Shown: piece after piece, positions 28,610 to 38,602 of the stretch
Layout of the letters: each line of letters starts with the position of its first letter
How positions within the stretch are numbered: position 1 is the first letter of the stretch
Assembly (NCBI GenBank): GCA_037128175.1
Contig: JBAXWY010000004.1
Location: 64,001 to 128,000 of the forward strand
From: Methanothrix sp.
GTDB taxonomy: Archaea > Halobacteriota > Methanosarcinia > Methanotrichales > Methanotrichaceae
Direction: 5' to 3'
Length of the DNA stretch: 64,000 nt
Notes under the pieces: model-generated
The model's database searches: none
Seen by the model: the letters and a program-made list of their open reading frames with translations, nothing else
Told to the model about the DNA's origin: nothing
Program-made: the position numbers and the translations under genes

Positions 28610-29017
28610 TCAAGCGGTAACTTTGGTCTTGGCGATGTACTTGATCAGCTCCGAGCCGATCCTGGCCTTCCTCTGAATCTGATTGGCCACGTCGTCTGCG
28701 GATGCGCCGCTGGCGGCCAGGGCGTGAATCTCCGCAAGCGTGCTGTCTTCCACGGTGAAGTACTCGTCCAGGTCCTTTCTGTGGCCCCAAACGTCGCCTT
28801 CCAGCATCTCAATGCCCTGCATCTCCAGGAATACCTGGATGGCATTGGACATGGTCTTGCGGTAGGATGGCGGAACCTGAATCATCCTTAGCCGGGGACA
28901 CCTCTGCATCAGGTTAAGGAAATCTACATTACTGGCCCGGAAAGCCAGATGAACAGTCTTCTCATTGGGGTTCAAATTGGGGATCTCGTTTCTGGCGCTG
29001 ATTACTCTAAGTCTCAT
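28610..29017 (-). CDS. DUF1699 family protein
   Basis: MRLRVISARNEIPNLNPNEKTVHLAFRASN...GDVWGHRKD methanogen family signature. Confidence 0.88.
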   Translation of the reverse strand: MRLRVISARNEIPNLNPNEKTVHLAFRASNVDFLNLMQRCPRLRMIQVPPSYRKTMSNAIQVFLEMQGIEMLEGDVWGHRKDLDEYFTVEDSTLAEIHALAASGASADDVANQIQRKARIGSELIKYIAKTKVTA

Positions 29018-29197
29018 TTTAGCACTCCATACCTTAAAAGGCATTCCTAATATTAATAGACACTTTCGCTGTACACATCATACTAAAACGATTGCGACAG
29101 AGACAATCAGCACTAAAAAATTGAAATTTAGTACTGTGCGAAAGTCAACTACCACGCCCTAAAGGATGGGGCCTCCTTGGGCAACGAGGTGATAAAT

Positions 29198-30109
29198 TCA
29201 TAGTCCCGCCCCCAGAGACAGCCCTGTTCGCAGCAGCACATCGGCAATTATGGCCGCAAAGAGCACGGCGCGGTAGTTGGCCGACTGGTAGAACAGCTTT
29301 TCACCCCTCTCTGGCGTAGGGTGGCGCACGAAGTCCATGTTTTGCAGCAGAAGCCATCCTCCGGCCGCAGCCGCTGCGGCCAGGTAGAGCCATCCGAGAT
29401 TAGCAGCAAGGCCCAGGGCGAGAGAGAGAATGACGCCGATGATCCAAAAGAGCGCCACCATCTTGGCAGTGGCCGCAATGCCGTAGGTGGCGGGCGTTGT
29501 GGGAATGCCTTTCTCTTTATCACCGGCCACATCTCGCGAGGCATCGCAGTTGGTAAAGCCCCAATCGGTGATGACGATCATGGCCGCCAGGATCAGGGCG
29601 GCGGGATGCATTCCAGGGCCTGCTTTGAGAAGCCCGGCCGGCTCCAGGGCCAGCCAGACGCCCAGGGGCACCAGGCCGAAGGACAATCCCACAAAGATCC
29701 AGGAGAAGGGCGTATTTCTCTTGGCCCAGGCGGAGTAGATGGTGATGAGCAGCGTGGCAGTCAGGAGGATGGCAAAGCTCTCCGGGTTAAGGTAGAGGGA
29801 TATGGCCGCAGCCACGAGAAAAAGAAATAGCGACCATAACTGAGCCTCGCGCTTGCTCAGCATTGCCGAGGGCAGGGGCCGATTGGGCATAGCGACGCTG
29901 TCCACATCGATGTCGCAGCAGTCGTTGTAGACATAGGAGCTGGTGATGGCAGCGTAGGCTCCAATGGAGGCTATGATAAAGGGCAGCAAAGGCGGCAAAG
30001 TCCCCTCTACGGCGTATTCGGCTAGTAGGGCCGCGGCGGCTGGCATGGCCAGATCCATTGCCGCGAGTGGCGGGCGCAGCAGCTCGATGTGCGCCCTGAA
30101 TCTATGCAT
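29198..30109 (-). CDS. UbiA family prenyltransferase
   Basis: NDCCDIDVD..PNRPLPS and DASRDVAGDKEKG Asp-rich motifs; multiple TM segments. Confidence 0.9.
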   Translation of the reverse strand: MHRFRAHIELLRPPLAAMDLAMPAAAALLAEYAVEGTLPPLLPFIIASIGAYAAITSSYVYNDCCDIDVDSVAMPNRPLPSAMLSKREAQLWSLFLFLVAAAISLYLNPESFAILLTATLLITIYSAWAKRNTPFSWIFVGLSFGLVPLGVWLALEPAGLLKAGPGMHPAALILAAMIVITDWGFTNCDASRDVAGDKEKGIPTTPATYGIAATAKMVALFWIIGVILSLALGLAANLGWLYLAAAAAAGGWLLLQNMDFVRHPTPERGEKLFYQSANYRAVLFAAIIADVLLRTGLSLGAGL

Positions 30110-30844
30110 TCAGATGAGTCCCGCGAAGAGCTCCAGATGCTTCTCGGGCTTCGTCATGTAATCCAGAAGACCCGGAACTCTCAGCAGTGGATACATCTCC
30201 CTGCCCTTAGCCAGGCCGAGTTTGCGAAGGCTTGAGCTGTTGGGCGCCTCTACCCTGCGCAGCTCTGCCGCCCCAGGGCATCGAATGTTCTTTATCCAGC
30301 CATCCCTGGTGAAAAAGTAAGCTCCCCCCCCATTCTCTCGGATGGGATCGTAAAGCGATGAGAAGTTCCTGGCCACGTAGTTGGCCATCTTCAGAGTCTT
30401 ATTGGAGCGGTTTATGGTGATATGACCGTAACCGGGTGGCACGAGGACCTTATCTCCCGCTGAGGCGTGGACTGCCACCACATCGCTAAGGTCCTGGTTT
30501 TGCAAAAGGTAAAGTGCTTCACCTTCTATTACCTCGTAAAGCTCCGGGTAGGTGACGCTGCCACCGGGCACAAGCGGATGGTAATGGCCGGCCGTCTTGA
30601 TGTATTCGCATCCGAGCATATTTGGTGGAATAATAGTGATATCATAACGTAGATCCTGTTGCAGGAGCTTCTCTTTATCCGCCCTGCTTAAGAAAAGGTC
30701 GCGATACATGTAATAAAGCTCAAAGTCCTCTGCCCCGGAAAGCCAGCTTTGATCAAAGATCACGTCCTTCATATCAAAAAGCCGACGAACATCGGCCGTT
30801 CGCATTTTGCCGCTAAACTCCATCTGCATTTTCTCTGCCACCAA
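30110..30844 (-). CDS. cupin-type glucose-6-phosphate isomerase
   Basis: LRYDITIIPP, KTAGHYH, YPELYEV, VPPGYGHITIN. Confidence 0.9.
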   Translation of the reverse strand: MVAEKMQMEFSGKMRTADVRRLFDMKDVIFDQSWLSGAEDFELYYMYRDLFLSRADKEKLLQQDLRYDITIIPPNMLGCEYIKTAGHYHPLVPGGSVTYPELYEVIEGEALYLLQNQDLSDVVAVHASAGDKVLVPPGYGHITINRSNKTLKMANYVARNFSSLYDPIRENGGGAYFFTRDGWIKNIRCPGAAELRRVEAPNSSSLRKLGLAKGREMYPLLRVPGLLDYMTKPEKHLELFAGLI

Positions 30845-30971
30845 ACGATTATGAGCATTTCTGGATTAAATATGTTCCATTTCCTGTCGATCTTTTCTTT
30901 CCAGAAAATATCACCCGCACAGCTAAGACCGGCCAATTCTAAAGGCAAGATGTCTTCAGTTGCTACTAGCT

Positions 30972-31421
30972 TTAGCAGGCTTCTGGACTGGTGATAGTGA
31001 AGTACTCTGTGAGCACCTTCCGATAGTCCACAATCACATCCACCTTCCAGGTTCCAGGCAGGCGGGCGACGTCTGTTCCCTTGATCTTAAGGCAGCTCCA
31101 GACAGGTGCGGCCCACATTCCCGTAAATCCGTCGATGGGCGGTATGGTGCTAAAAGACCGGGCATACGTCCTGCCCTCGGGCCAGTACCATCTCCATTCC
31201 ACACTGTGTACCTTGGCGTCCCGCCAGATGAGCAGCCAGGAGGCTACCTGCTCGTCATCGGAGGTAAATGTATACGTCCTGTAAAGCGGCATGCCGTTTT
31301 GGCTAATCTCTTTGGCTATGGTATGCTCGGAAAGCGGAAAGAACATGGGATGGGATGCTTGAACTACCCCGCCCATGAGCAAAACCGCCAGAACGACTAT
31401 TGCTAGAACTCTTTCTCTCAT
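30972..31421 (-). CDS. hypothetical secreted protein
   Basis: signal peptide ending VQA-S; Trp-rich beta domain (PGTWKVDV). Confidence 0.65.
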   Translation of the reverse strand: MRERVLAIVVLAVLLMGGVVQASHPMFFPLSEHTIAKEISQNGMPLYRTYTFTSDDEQVASWLLIWRDAKVHSVEWRWYWPEGRTYARSFSTIPPIDGFTGMWAAPVWSCLKIKGTDVARLPGTWKVDVIVDYRKVLTEYFTITSPEAC

Positions 31422-31526
31422 TGCTCCTCACCCACTACTCCTTAAGTTTATTGCGACCCTAATAGTATAATAATTAACTGTACCATAAAAAGATGACGAT
31501 TGGATTTTTTTCAAGGACAATCCTGT

Positions 31527-32186
31527 TTAGACCAATAACGGGCTTATGCCCCGTCCTCTGGCAATTTCTCCAGGAAGATCTATCACGCTCGATACGGCAT
31601 CGATCACATTTCCGTCACTGCTGGCAACTATGGATCCGCATGTTTTGAGCTGATGATCGACATCTCTCGCGCACCTGGCCGCGCCAGGAAGAGCCCGCTC
31701 TGCCATCAGGCGGCGCACCTCTTTGGCCAGTTCTCCGCTGCGGCTAATTTGCTGGTCCAAGAGCACCTCTACGCGAGCAGCCCCGGCAGCAGCCAGCAGA
31801 TCCAAAATATTGGAGAACGCGCAAACGGTAATTCGCGATGCATTGTCGCTTCTGAAAAATCCTCGCGTATCTCGCAAAAAGCCGTCGTCACAGAGGTAGA
31901 CGGGAAATCCCGCCAGCAGGCTTTGTGTAGTGATGAGAACATTGTAGCCGTCCACGAACACCGCCATGCCGCGTAGGGCATGTAGCCGCCGGGCCTTGGC
32001 CATTCTGGCGAGCGCCGTATCCGCAGAAACTACGGTCCTCAGGAGCACAAACCTCTGCGCCTCCGGCAAACGGTGGTGATCCGAGACATAGCGAACTGCA
32101 GAGTCATTGGGATAGCCGCGATCTACCAGGTACCGGGCCTCCTGGACGGCTCGCTTCAGTGCGTCTACGGCTCCAGGGCCGACCGT
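31527..32186 (-). CDS. DUF434 domain protein (PIN-like); start codon uncertain
   Basis: ARYLVDRGYP..AVRYVSDHHRL upstream of the track start, VDGYNVLIT, DDGFLRD, SSDGNVID. Confidence 0.8.
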   Translation of the reverse strand, partial: TVGPGAVDALKRAVQEARYLVDRGYPNDSAVRYVSDHHRLPEAQRFVLLRTVVSADTALARMAKARRLHALRGMAVFVDGYNVLITTQSLLAGFPVYLCDDGFLRDTRGFFRSDNASRITVCAFSNILDLLAAAGAARVEVLLDQQISRSGELAKEVRRLMAERALPGAARCARDVDHQLKTCGSIVASSDGNVIDAVSSVIDLPGEIARGRGISPLLV

Positions 32187-32689
32187 CTCACCTCCAGATA
32201 AAGATCTTTTCCGTGGGCGTCTACTGCCACGATCATGGGCCCGAATTCTTTGGCCTCAAACACCCAGAGGGATTCGGCCATGCCAAGCTCTTGCAGGTGC
32301 ACGCCCAACACCCTCAGCTGCTGCGCCGCCGCCGCACCGCATCCTCCCGGATAGGCCAGGTAGACGGCGCGGTTTTGGAAGGGCTCGCCGGGCAGGCCAC
32401 CCTTGCCGATGATGGCCCGTACCCCCAGGCTCAGGATCTCATCAGTGTAGCGGGCCATGCGACCGCTGGTGGTCGGCCCGGCGGACAGAACCCGATCGTC
32501 CAAGATGAGCGGACCGCAGTGATAGAGGGCGGCCCCCTCCAGGGAGACGGGGCTTCCCACGCGACGCATCAGGGCATGGGCTTTGTCGCGGGCGGTGAAG
32601 AGCGTCCCGCTCAAAAATACCACATCACCGGCCACGAGCTTTTGCACTTCCCCCTCGGACAAGGGTGTACGGAGATGATACTCAGTCAT
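32165..32689 (-). CDS. Fe-S hydro-lyase (fumarate hydratase/tartrate dehydratase) beta subunit
   Basis: TARDKAH, YHCGP, GPTTSGRM, IIGKGG, ELGMAES, FGPMIVAVDAHG. Confidence 0.92.
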   Translation of the reverse strand: MTEYHLRTPLSEGEVQKLVAGDVVFLSGTLFTARDKAHALMRRVGSPVSLEGAALYHCGPLILDDRVLSAGPTTSGRMARYTDEILSLGVRAIIGKGGLPGEPFQNRAVYLAYPGGCGAAAAQQLRVLGVHLQELGMAESLWVFEAKEFGPMIVAVDAHGKDLYLEVRRSALEP

Positions 32690-33492
32690 TGGATCACCTC
32701 TGTTGCAGAACGGTTAGCCCAGCACTGAAAGTTTATGGCTACGGGCAAAGAGGCAGTATGGCAGCAGGCCGTCTCGATTTTTATGCCAAGAGCGGTTGTG
32801 TCCCCGCCCAGGCCCATGGGGCCGATGCCAAGTGAGTTGATCCTCTCCAAGAGCTGCAGTTCTTCCTGGGATTCGCCGGGCATGTTCAGCAGAGCCCGCT
32901 TGGCCAGGCGCGCTGCCAGGTCGAAGCTGCCGCCCAGACCAATGCCCAGGAAGAGGGGGGGGCAGGCATTGGCAGCCCGCTTCGCAACGCTCTTCACAAT
33001 GAAATCAAATGGATCGTCGGCCGGATTGAGCATGCCAACCAGGCTCATGTTCTCCGAGCCTGCCCCTTTGGGAAAGGCAGTGAGCGTGAGGGCCCGGCCA
33101 TCTACATAATCCAGAATAATATCGGGCATGCCTGTACCGGTGTTGTCTTCGCTGTTCTTGCGGGTCAAGGGATGGACGGCATTGGGGCGCAGTGGAATCA
33201 TTCTGGTAGCGATCCTTACACCTTCCGCGAACGCTTCAGAAAGGCTGAAGTCCAAAATCAGTTCCCGGCCCATTTGCACATGAAATATGGCAAGTCCCGT
33301 GTCCTGGCAGAGAGGCAGGCCTTTGGCCTTGGCAATCGCCACATTCTCCAGCATGAACTGCAGATGGTGCCGGGCTAAGGGATGACTCTCCCTAGCCGCA
33401 GCATCTTCGATTCTCTGCATGACCCAATCGGGCAGAGACGTTTCCGCTCTTTGCAAGGCACGCACCGTGGCCTCTACCACCTTTTCTCTCAT
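32686..33492 (-). CDS. Fe-S hydro-lyase (fumarate hydratase/tartrate dehydratase) alpha subunit
   Basis: PLCQDTG, PKGAGSEN, ACPP, GIGPMGLGG, CHTASLPV, QCWANR. Confidence 0.92.
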   Translation of the reverse strand: MREKVVEATVRALQRAETSLPDWVMQRIEDAAARESHPLARHHLQFMLENVAIAKAKGLPLCQDTGLAIFHVQMGRELILDFSLSEAFAEGVRIATRMIPLRPNAVHPLTRKNSEDNTGTGMPDIILDYVDGRALTLTAFPKGAGSENMSLVGMLNPADDPFDFIVKSVAKRAANACPPLFLGIGLGGSFDLAARLAKRALLNMPGESQEELQLLERINSLGIGPMGLGGDTTALGIKIETACCHTASLPVAINFQCWANRSATEVIQ

Positions 33493-34223
33493 GCCTTTCG
33501 CCCCTTCTTGCCCGGTTCGATCTTGATGGGCCGGGACTGCTCGGGCAGCCGAAGGTTGGTCAGCTTGCCCAGAGCTCTTTCCATGGCATCTTTGTGCAGG
33601 TCTCCTGAGGTGTGGATGCCTCCCGGAGTTCCGCGCACGGCGCGACAGGGATACTGCTGGCAGAAGAGACCGGTCATAGACGCCGCTTCCTCCACGGTCT
33701 TTCCCACTATGCCCGCTGCGGCATGCCAGGTGGCTCCGCAGGGCGAGCCGCGCACGACTTTAACTCGGCTGATGCGACCGTCCTTGGTCTCCACCTCCAG
33801 CTCCGGTTTTCCCAGCTTCCGGGCAAACTCATCGAGGACGGGAACGCCGCACTCTTCCAGGGTGCAGCAGATCTCATCCACCTCGATATGGATGCCATAC
33901 TTCTCTGCGATACTCTCCAGCTCGCCGATGGAACCGGCCCGGCCCATGCCTCCGGGAATTATGGCCGCTTTGACTCCGCCCTTCGCCGCCAGGCGCACGA
34001 TCTCCGGAGTCAGGTCGGGGTGAAAAGTATAGAGAATGAGCAGGTCCACCTGGAAGATCCTGGGATCAAGGTTTAGCTCTTTGACAAACTCTTCCGGATC
34101 CTCGATGAAGCCGGGCAGCACCTGGGGAACCTCGACGGAGAAGACTGCAAAGTCAGTTCTAGTCTTGATGGTCTCCAGCAGGCGCTCGCCGTACTTTCCT
34201 CTTTTAACTACGCCAACCAGCAT
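33489..34223 (-). CDS. DUF166 family protein
   Basis: HPDLTPE, EICCTL, VVRGSPCGATW, QQYPCRA, IHTSGDLH. Confidence 0.75.
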   Translation of the reverse strand: MLVGVVKRGKYGERLLETIKTRTDFAVFSVEVPQVLPGFIEDPEEFVKELNLDPRIFQVDLLILYTFHPDLTPEIVRLAAKGGVKAAIIPGGMGRAGSIGELESIAEKYGIHIEVDEICCTLEECGVPVLDEFARKLGKPELEVETKDGRISRVKVVRGSPCGATWHAAAGIVGKTVEEAASMTGLFCQQYPCRAVRGTPGGIHTSGDLHKDAMERALGKLTNLRLPEQSRPIKIEPGKKGRKA

Positions 34224-34341
34224 GGATCAAGTGATGGATGCCAGGTGTTAATAGAGATTTGTAGAGGCATTTGTGATCTTCTTTCGGGACAGGGCCATCC
34301 TGGTGGTTTAATATCGTAGCAATTGCATTAACCGTTCGGAA

Positions 34342-35679
34342 ATGAGCGAAATAGAAACAAATATCCCTTCCGTCCTTATCGCAGGCACCCACAGCGGCGT
34401 GGGCAAGACCACAGTTACCCTGGGCCTCATGGCCGCGCTTCGCGCTCGCGGCCTGAAGGTACAGCCCTTCAAGGTGGGCCCGGACTTCATCGACCCGTCT
34501 CATCATACCGCCATCTGCGGGCGGCCCTCGCGCAATCTCGATCCCTTCATGATGGGCGAAGAGGGCGTGCGCCGCTCTTTCTCCTCGGCCCTGCAGGATG
34601 CGGATGTAGCCGTGGTGGAGGGGGTTATGGGCCTTTACGACGGCATGGACGGAACCGAGGTCGCCAGCAGCGCAGAGGTCGCCAAGATCCTGGACCTTCC
34701 GGTTCTGTTGGTCATTAATGTGCACGGTATGTCGCGCAGCGCTGCGGCTATGGAGAAAGGCTTTGCAGAATTTGACAGAGGCGTGCGCCTGGCTGGCACG
34801 GTCCTCAATCAGGTGGGAAGCGAGCGTCACCTGGCCATGCTGAAAAGCTGCCTGGACAAGCCCGTCTTCGCCGCTCTGCCGCGAGAGAGGGAGATGGAGA
34901 TGAAGAGCCGTCACCTGGGCCTGGTGATGGGCTTTGAGAAGGAGCACGATGTTGCCGCTTTAGCCGCCTTGCTGGAAAAGCATGCAGCCATCGACGAGAT
35001 CCTGAAGCTACGCCCTCCCGCCTGTCCAGCTAAGGGGGAGTTGGCTGATGCAAAGAAAACCGTCCGCATTGGCATTGCAGAGGATGAAGCCTTCTGCTTT
35101 TATTACTACGAGAACCTGCGCGAATTGGAAAGGCGAGGCGCAGATCTGGTCTTTTTCAGTCCGCTAGATGACAATCTGCCCGATGTGGACGGCCTTTACA
35201 TCGGTGGGGGCTATCCGGAGCTACATGCTGCCCGTCTGGAGAGCGCCCCCGCCAGAAGAGAGATTAAGCGGGCCTCAGAAGACGGCATGCCCATTTATGG
35301 AGAGTGCGGCGGCCTGATGTACCTGGGCCGCGCCATCGAACTGGAGACCGGCACTTTTAGAATGGTGGGGGCGCTGCCCGGCTCTACTATCATGACGAAG
35401 CGGCTTCGGGCTTTGGGGTATGTCCAGGCAGAGGCAGTAGGGCAAAATCCGGTAGCAGGGCTTGGCAAGACCCTTCGTGGGCACGAGTTTCATTACTCAC
35501 GCTTTGACTGCGACAGGGACGCTCGCTTCGCTTACCGTTTATGCAGAGGCAAAGGCATCCAGGACGGCCGGGACGGCCTGGTGGAGCACAATACAATTGG
35601 TGGGTACCTGCATGCTCATTTCTATTCTTTTTCTGTGGACCGGTTCATAGAGAGTTGCAAGAACTACCGGAGAACATAA
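34342..35679 (+). CDS. cobyrinate (or Ni-sirohydrochlorin) a,c-diamide synthase, CbiA/CobB/CfbB family
   Basis: AGTHSGVGKT, FKVGPDFIDP, VEGVMGLYDG, SRHLGL, GECGGLMYL, GHEFHYS. Confidence 0.93.
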   Translation: MSEIETNIPSVLIAGTHSGVGKTTVTLGLMAALRARGLKVQPFKVGPDFIDPSHHTAICGRPSRNLDPFMMGEEGVRRSFSSALQDADVAVVEGVMGLYDGMDGTEVASSAEVAKILDLPVLLVINVHGMSRSAAAMEKGFAEFDRGVRLAGTVLNQVGSERHLAMLKSCLDKPVFAALPREREMEMKSRHLGLVMGFEKEHDVAALAALLEKHAAIDEILKLRPPACPAKGELADAKKTVRIGIAEDEAFCFYYYENLRELERRGADLVFFSPLDDNLPDVDGLYIGGGYPELHAARLESAPARREIKRASEDGMPIYGECGGLMYLGRAIELETGTFRMVGALPGSTIMTKRLRALGYVQAEAVGQNPVAGLGKTLRGHEFHYSRFDCDRDARFAYRLCRGKGIQDGRDGLVEHNTIGGYLHAHFYSFSVDRFIESCKNYRRT

Positions 35680-35956
35680 GATTACAAAAATTATTTGCGG
35701 TTAACTTCTTAAAATCAGTTTTCTGAGAAAAATGCACTATTTCTATCTGAAAAATAATTTTAATTTTAATATTTATTCGTACATGATGCATAATTAAATG
35801 TTATGAATAGTATCTTATCGTTTCCTATTTAGTGAAAATACATTGATTATTGACCAACGCCCTTTGCATTCTAAAATATATAGATTCAGTCTGGAGAAAA
35901 GTTTAAATGCAGGTCCATGTTTATACCTGCCAATTAACGTAAATGGAGTGTTAACT

Positions 35957-36193
35957 ATGAGCAAAATAACAAGTGGAATTGTGCTCTTCTCTCTCCTGAT
36001 GGCTCTCTCTTTGGGAGTTGCCTTCGCAGAGTCCGAAGTTGCTGCTACTGAGAATGTAACAGAGAACGCTACCAACAACACAACCATCAACACGACCATA
36101 AATACAACCATAAACACAACCATCAACGAGACTGAAAACGCGACCATCGAGACAGAAACCAAGACCATCGAGACCGAAACTATTACCAAATAA
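35957..36193 (+). CDS. small secreted Thr/Asn-rich repeat protein
   Basis: signal peptide MSKITSGIVLFSLLMALSLGVAFA followed by INTT and IETET repeats; SD-like GGAG upstream. Confidence 0.7.
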   Translation: MSKITSGIVLFSLLMALSLGVAFAESEVAATENVTENATNNTTINTTINTTINTTINETENATIETETKTIETETITK

Positions 36194-36381
36194 GAGTAAT
36201 TATATCTCGGCGTGATTAAAACAGTCTTCATTGGCGAGATATCAAGGCAGGTTTTCCCTGCCGATCAACTTTTCTTGATTTTAAGATAAAAGGATTGGTA
36301 ACTTAACTAGTATGATTAATGAATGTAAAAGTCTTTTTAGAAAGGCTTATATTTTTCTGAGAAAAAAGCATTGTTTGAGGT

Positions 36382-37089
36382 ATGAATATGAGAAGCCTAA
36401 ATGCGTTGATACTATTAGCAGTATTAGTGACCTTATCATCTGGGCCCGTCCTGGCACAGGATGCCCTAAATATCACAAATGACATGAATGCCACAAATGA
36501 GACGATTGCCGCAGACGTCGCTCCAGTCGTTGAAGCTGCCGCCCCTCTGACGGAAACCGTGCAAGCGGCAGAAGTTATCCAAAAAGAGACAGCATCAAGG
36601 TTCAAACAGCTCTCCACCTTTGTTAAGGGAGACACTACAATCCTTGGAAAGAGCACGGCCCAGGAATACATGGATGTGTCTAAGACCGCTAACCGAGATA
36701 CCGTATTCACCCGTGAGGCGGGCGCTTCCACTCCAGCCGTGAAGGTTGGCATCACCAAGGTAAACACGGCAGAAGACAAGTACGTCCAGGTGACCAATAA
36801 GGCAGTTGGATCCTGGGACCTGGCAAGATGGACCCTGGCCTCGGCCGGAAACACCACCTTCACCTTCCCGGCGCTGACCCTGGAAGAGGAAGACTCTGTG
36901 CGCGTCCATGAGGGTGAGGGTGTGGGCAGCTTGACCGATATCTACACCAATGGCACTGCTCCGCTCTGGATCGATAACCTGGTATCCTTGCAGGATGCCG
37001 ATGGAAGTATCATATCTACTTATGATGTCTCCACAGCTCCAGCAGCAGGCGCGTGGGTCGATCCTCTGGCCAAGCAGATCCAGTACTAG
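36382..37089 (+). CDS. secreted protein with lamin-tail-like domain
   Basis: signal peptide; YVQVTNKAVGSWDLARWTL..FTFP..SVRVHEGEG..W..VSLQDADG LTD pattern. Confidence 0.75.
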   Translation: MNMRSLNALILLAVLVTLSSGPVLAQDALNITNDMNATNETIAADVAPVVEAAAPLTETVQAAEVIQKETASRFKQLSTFVKGDTTILGKSTAQEYMDVSKTANRDTVFTREAGASTPAVKVGITKVNTAEDKYVQVTNKAVGSWDLARWTLASAGNTTFTFPALTLEEEDSVRVHEGEGVGSLTDIYTNGTAPLWIDNLVSLQDADGSIISTYDVSTAPAAGAWVDPLAKQIQY

Positions 37090-37440
37090 ATACAGTTGGC
37101 CGCAATTCTAGGTCGGCATATCTCTTTTTTTTAATGCATTTAGCAACTATTCAGCTCTGCCCACTAATGGTTTCCCTTCAAAGGCTCCCTGAATAGCGTC
37201 GATAACTGAGATTGATGTACCTGATTAGACTATTTCTGGGGGAGATCCAGAACGAGGGCCTGACTGCCTGCCAGTTGACCCTCGCATCTGGTGTTGAATG
37301 GACGCATGGAATAACCAGTTATTCCAATATACTTTTCTTTAATCAACCAATATTTACTTAAATGTTTCGGGACTGCACAGTATCCCGGCAGGATTCATCT
37401 CTGTGGTTAAACTTCGATTGACGGTTCGCTTTTTGATGCT

Positions 37441-38595
37441 TCATTGCAAAAGCCCGATCGCCTCGATCTTCGTCCCGGACTCCAGGCCGTAGTCCTTGAT
37501 TCTCTGCAAAGTATGTCCTACCATTCCCCCGGAGGTCATGATGAGGGAGCTCTTGCCGATCAATGCTTTGAGGATACACTTGTCGATAACGCCGTAGGTA
37601 AAATTTATTGTGATGCCGCACTTCTCCGCCATGACCTTGGCACTGGTACCCATCGCACCCTTAAAGTCGACCGGAATCTTATCGAACATGGCCCGAATCT
37701 CTGCCCCATCTTTCTCATCTACGTTGCAGATGTAGATTTTACCCCAAACCCCGGCCCGCGCCCCCGCCTTTGGTTGCAAGAGGTCGCAAAGCTCAAGGAT
37801 GTTCCTGGGCGGCTTTGATCCTCTGGCAATGCCCCTTCCGGCCAGCTCCTGGTAGAGGTCCACCACGAGGGGAAGCTTGAGCCGGGCATCCCTTATCAGC
37901 CCGGCATCTCCGAATACCTCCTGTGCCGTGCCCCGGCGCACCACCCCACCCTCCTTCATGAGGATGACCTCATCTGCCCAGCGGTAGGCCAGGTCCACAT
38001 CATGAGTGGAGATGATCAATGTCTTTCCGCCTAAGTTCAGCTCATCGAGCATCTCCATGATCTCTTCCGAGCTGGCTGGATCGAGGTTGGAGGTAGGCTC
38101 ATCGAGAATAATCACCTCCGGCTCCATGGCCAGTATGCCGGCAATGGCCACCCGCTTCTTCTCGCCGCCGCTCAGGTGATGAGGTGGACGGCGCTCATAT
38201 CCAAATAGGCCCACGTACTGCAGGGCAAAGCCCACGTACCTCTTCACCTTCTCCGCAGCGTAGCCCAAATTGGTAGGGCCGAAGGCCACGTCCTGGTAGA
38301 CGGTAGGCGCAAAGAGCTGGTCGTCCGAATTCTGGAAGACCATGCCCACGGCTCGGCGGATGGATCGCAAACTTACGGCATCGTAACTCATGGGCCGGCC
38401 CCGGAAGAGAACTTCTCCTTCACGAGGCCTCAGGATGCCGTTGAACATGAGCATGAGTGTGGACTTACCGGCCCCATTGGGCCCCACCAGAGCCACCTTT
38501 TTCCCCGCCTCCAGAGAGATGCTCACATCCAACAGAGCCCCGGTCCCGTCTCCATAGGAATAGCTGAGACATCTGGTTTCAAGGATAATCGTCAT
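37441..38595 (-). CDS. cbiO: ECF cobalt/nickel transporter ATPase with C-terminal extension
   Basis: GPNGAGKST, FQNSDDQLF, LSGGEKKRVA, ILDEPT. Confidence 0.92.
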   Translation of the reverse strand: MTIILETRCLSYSYGDGTGALLDVSISLEAGKKVALVGPNGAGKSTLMLMFNGILRPREGEVLFRGRPMSYDAVSLRSIRRAVGMVFQNSDDQLFAPTVYQDVAFGPTNLGYAAEKVKRYVGFALQYVGLFGYERRPPHHLSGGEKKRVAIAGILAMEPEVIILDEPTSNLDPASSEEIMEMLDELNLGGKTLIISTHDVDLAYRWADEVILMKEGGVVRRGTAQEVFGDAGLIRDARLKLPLVVDLYQELAGRGIARGSKPPRNILELCDLLQPKAGARAGVWGKIYICNVDEKDGAEIRAMFDKIPVDFKGAMGTSAKVMAEKCGITINFTYGVIDKCILKALIGKSSLIMTSGGMVGHTLQRIKDYGLESGTKIEAIGLLQ

Positions 38596-38602
38596 AGTAG
38601 CC

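Noticed and set aside
35680-35900. AT-rich stretch as a replication origin
   Set aside because: No cdc6/orc1 nearby and no ORB-like repeats recognised; it fits a promoter region.
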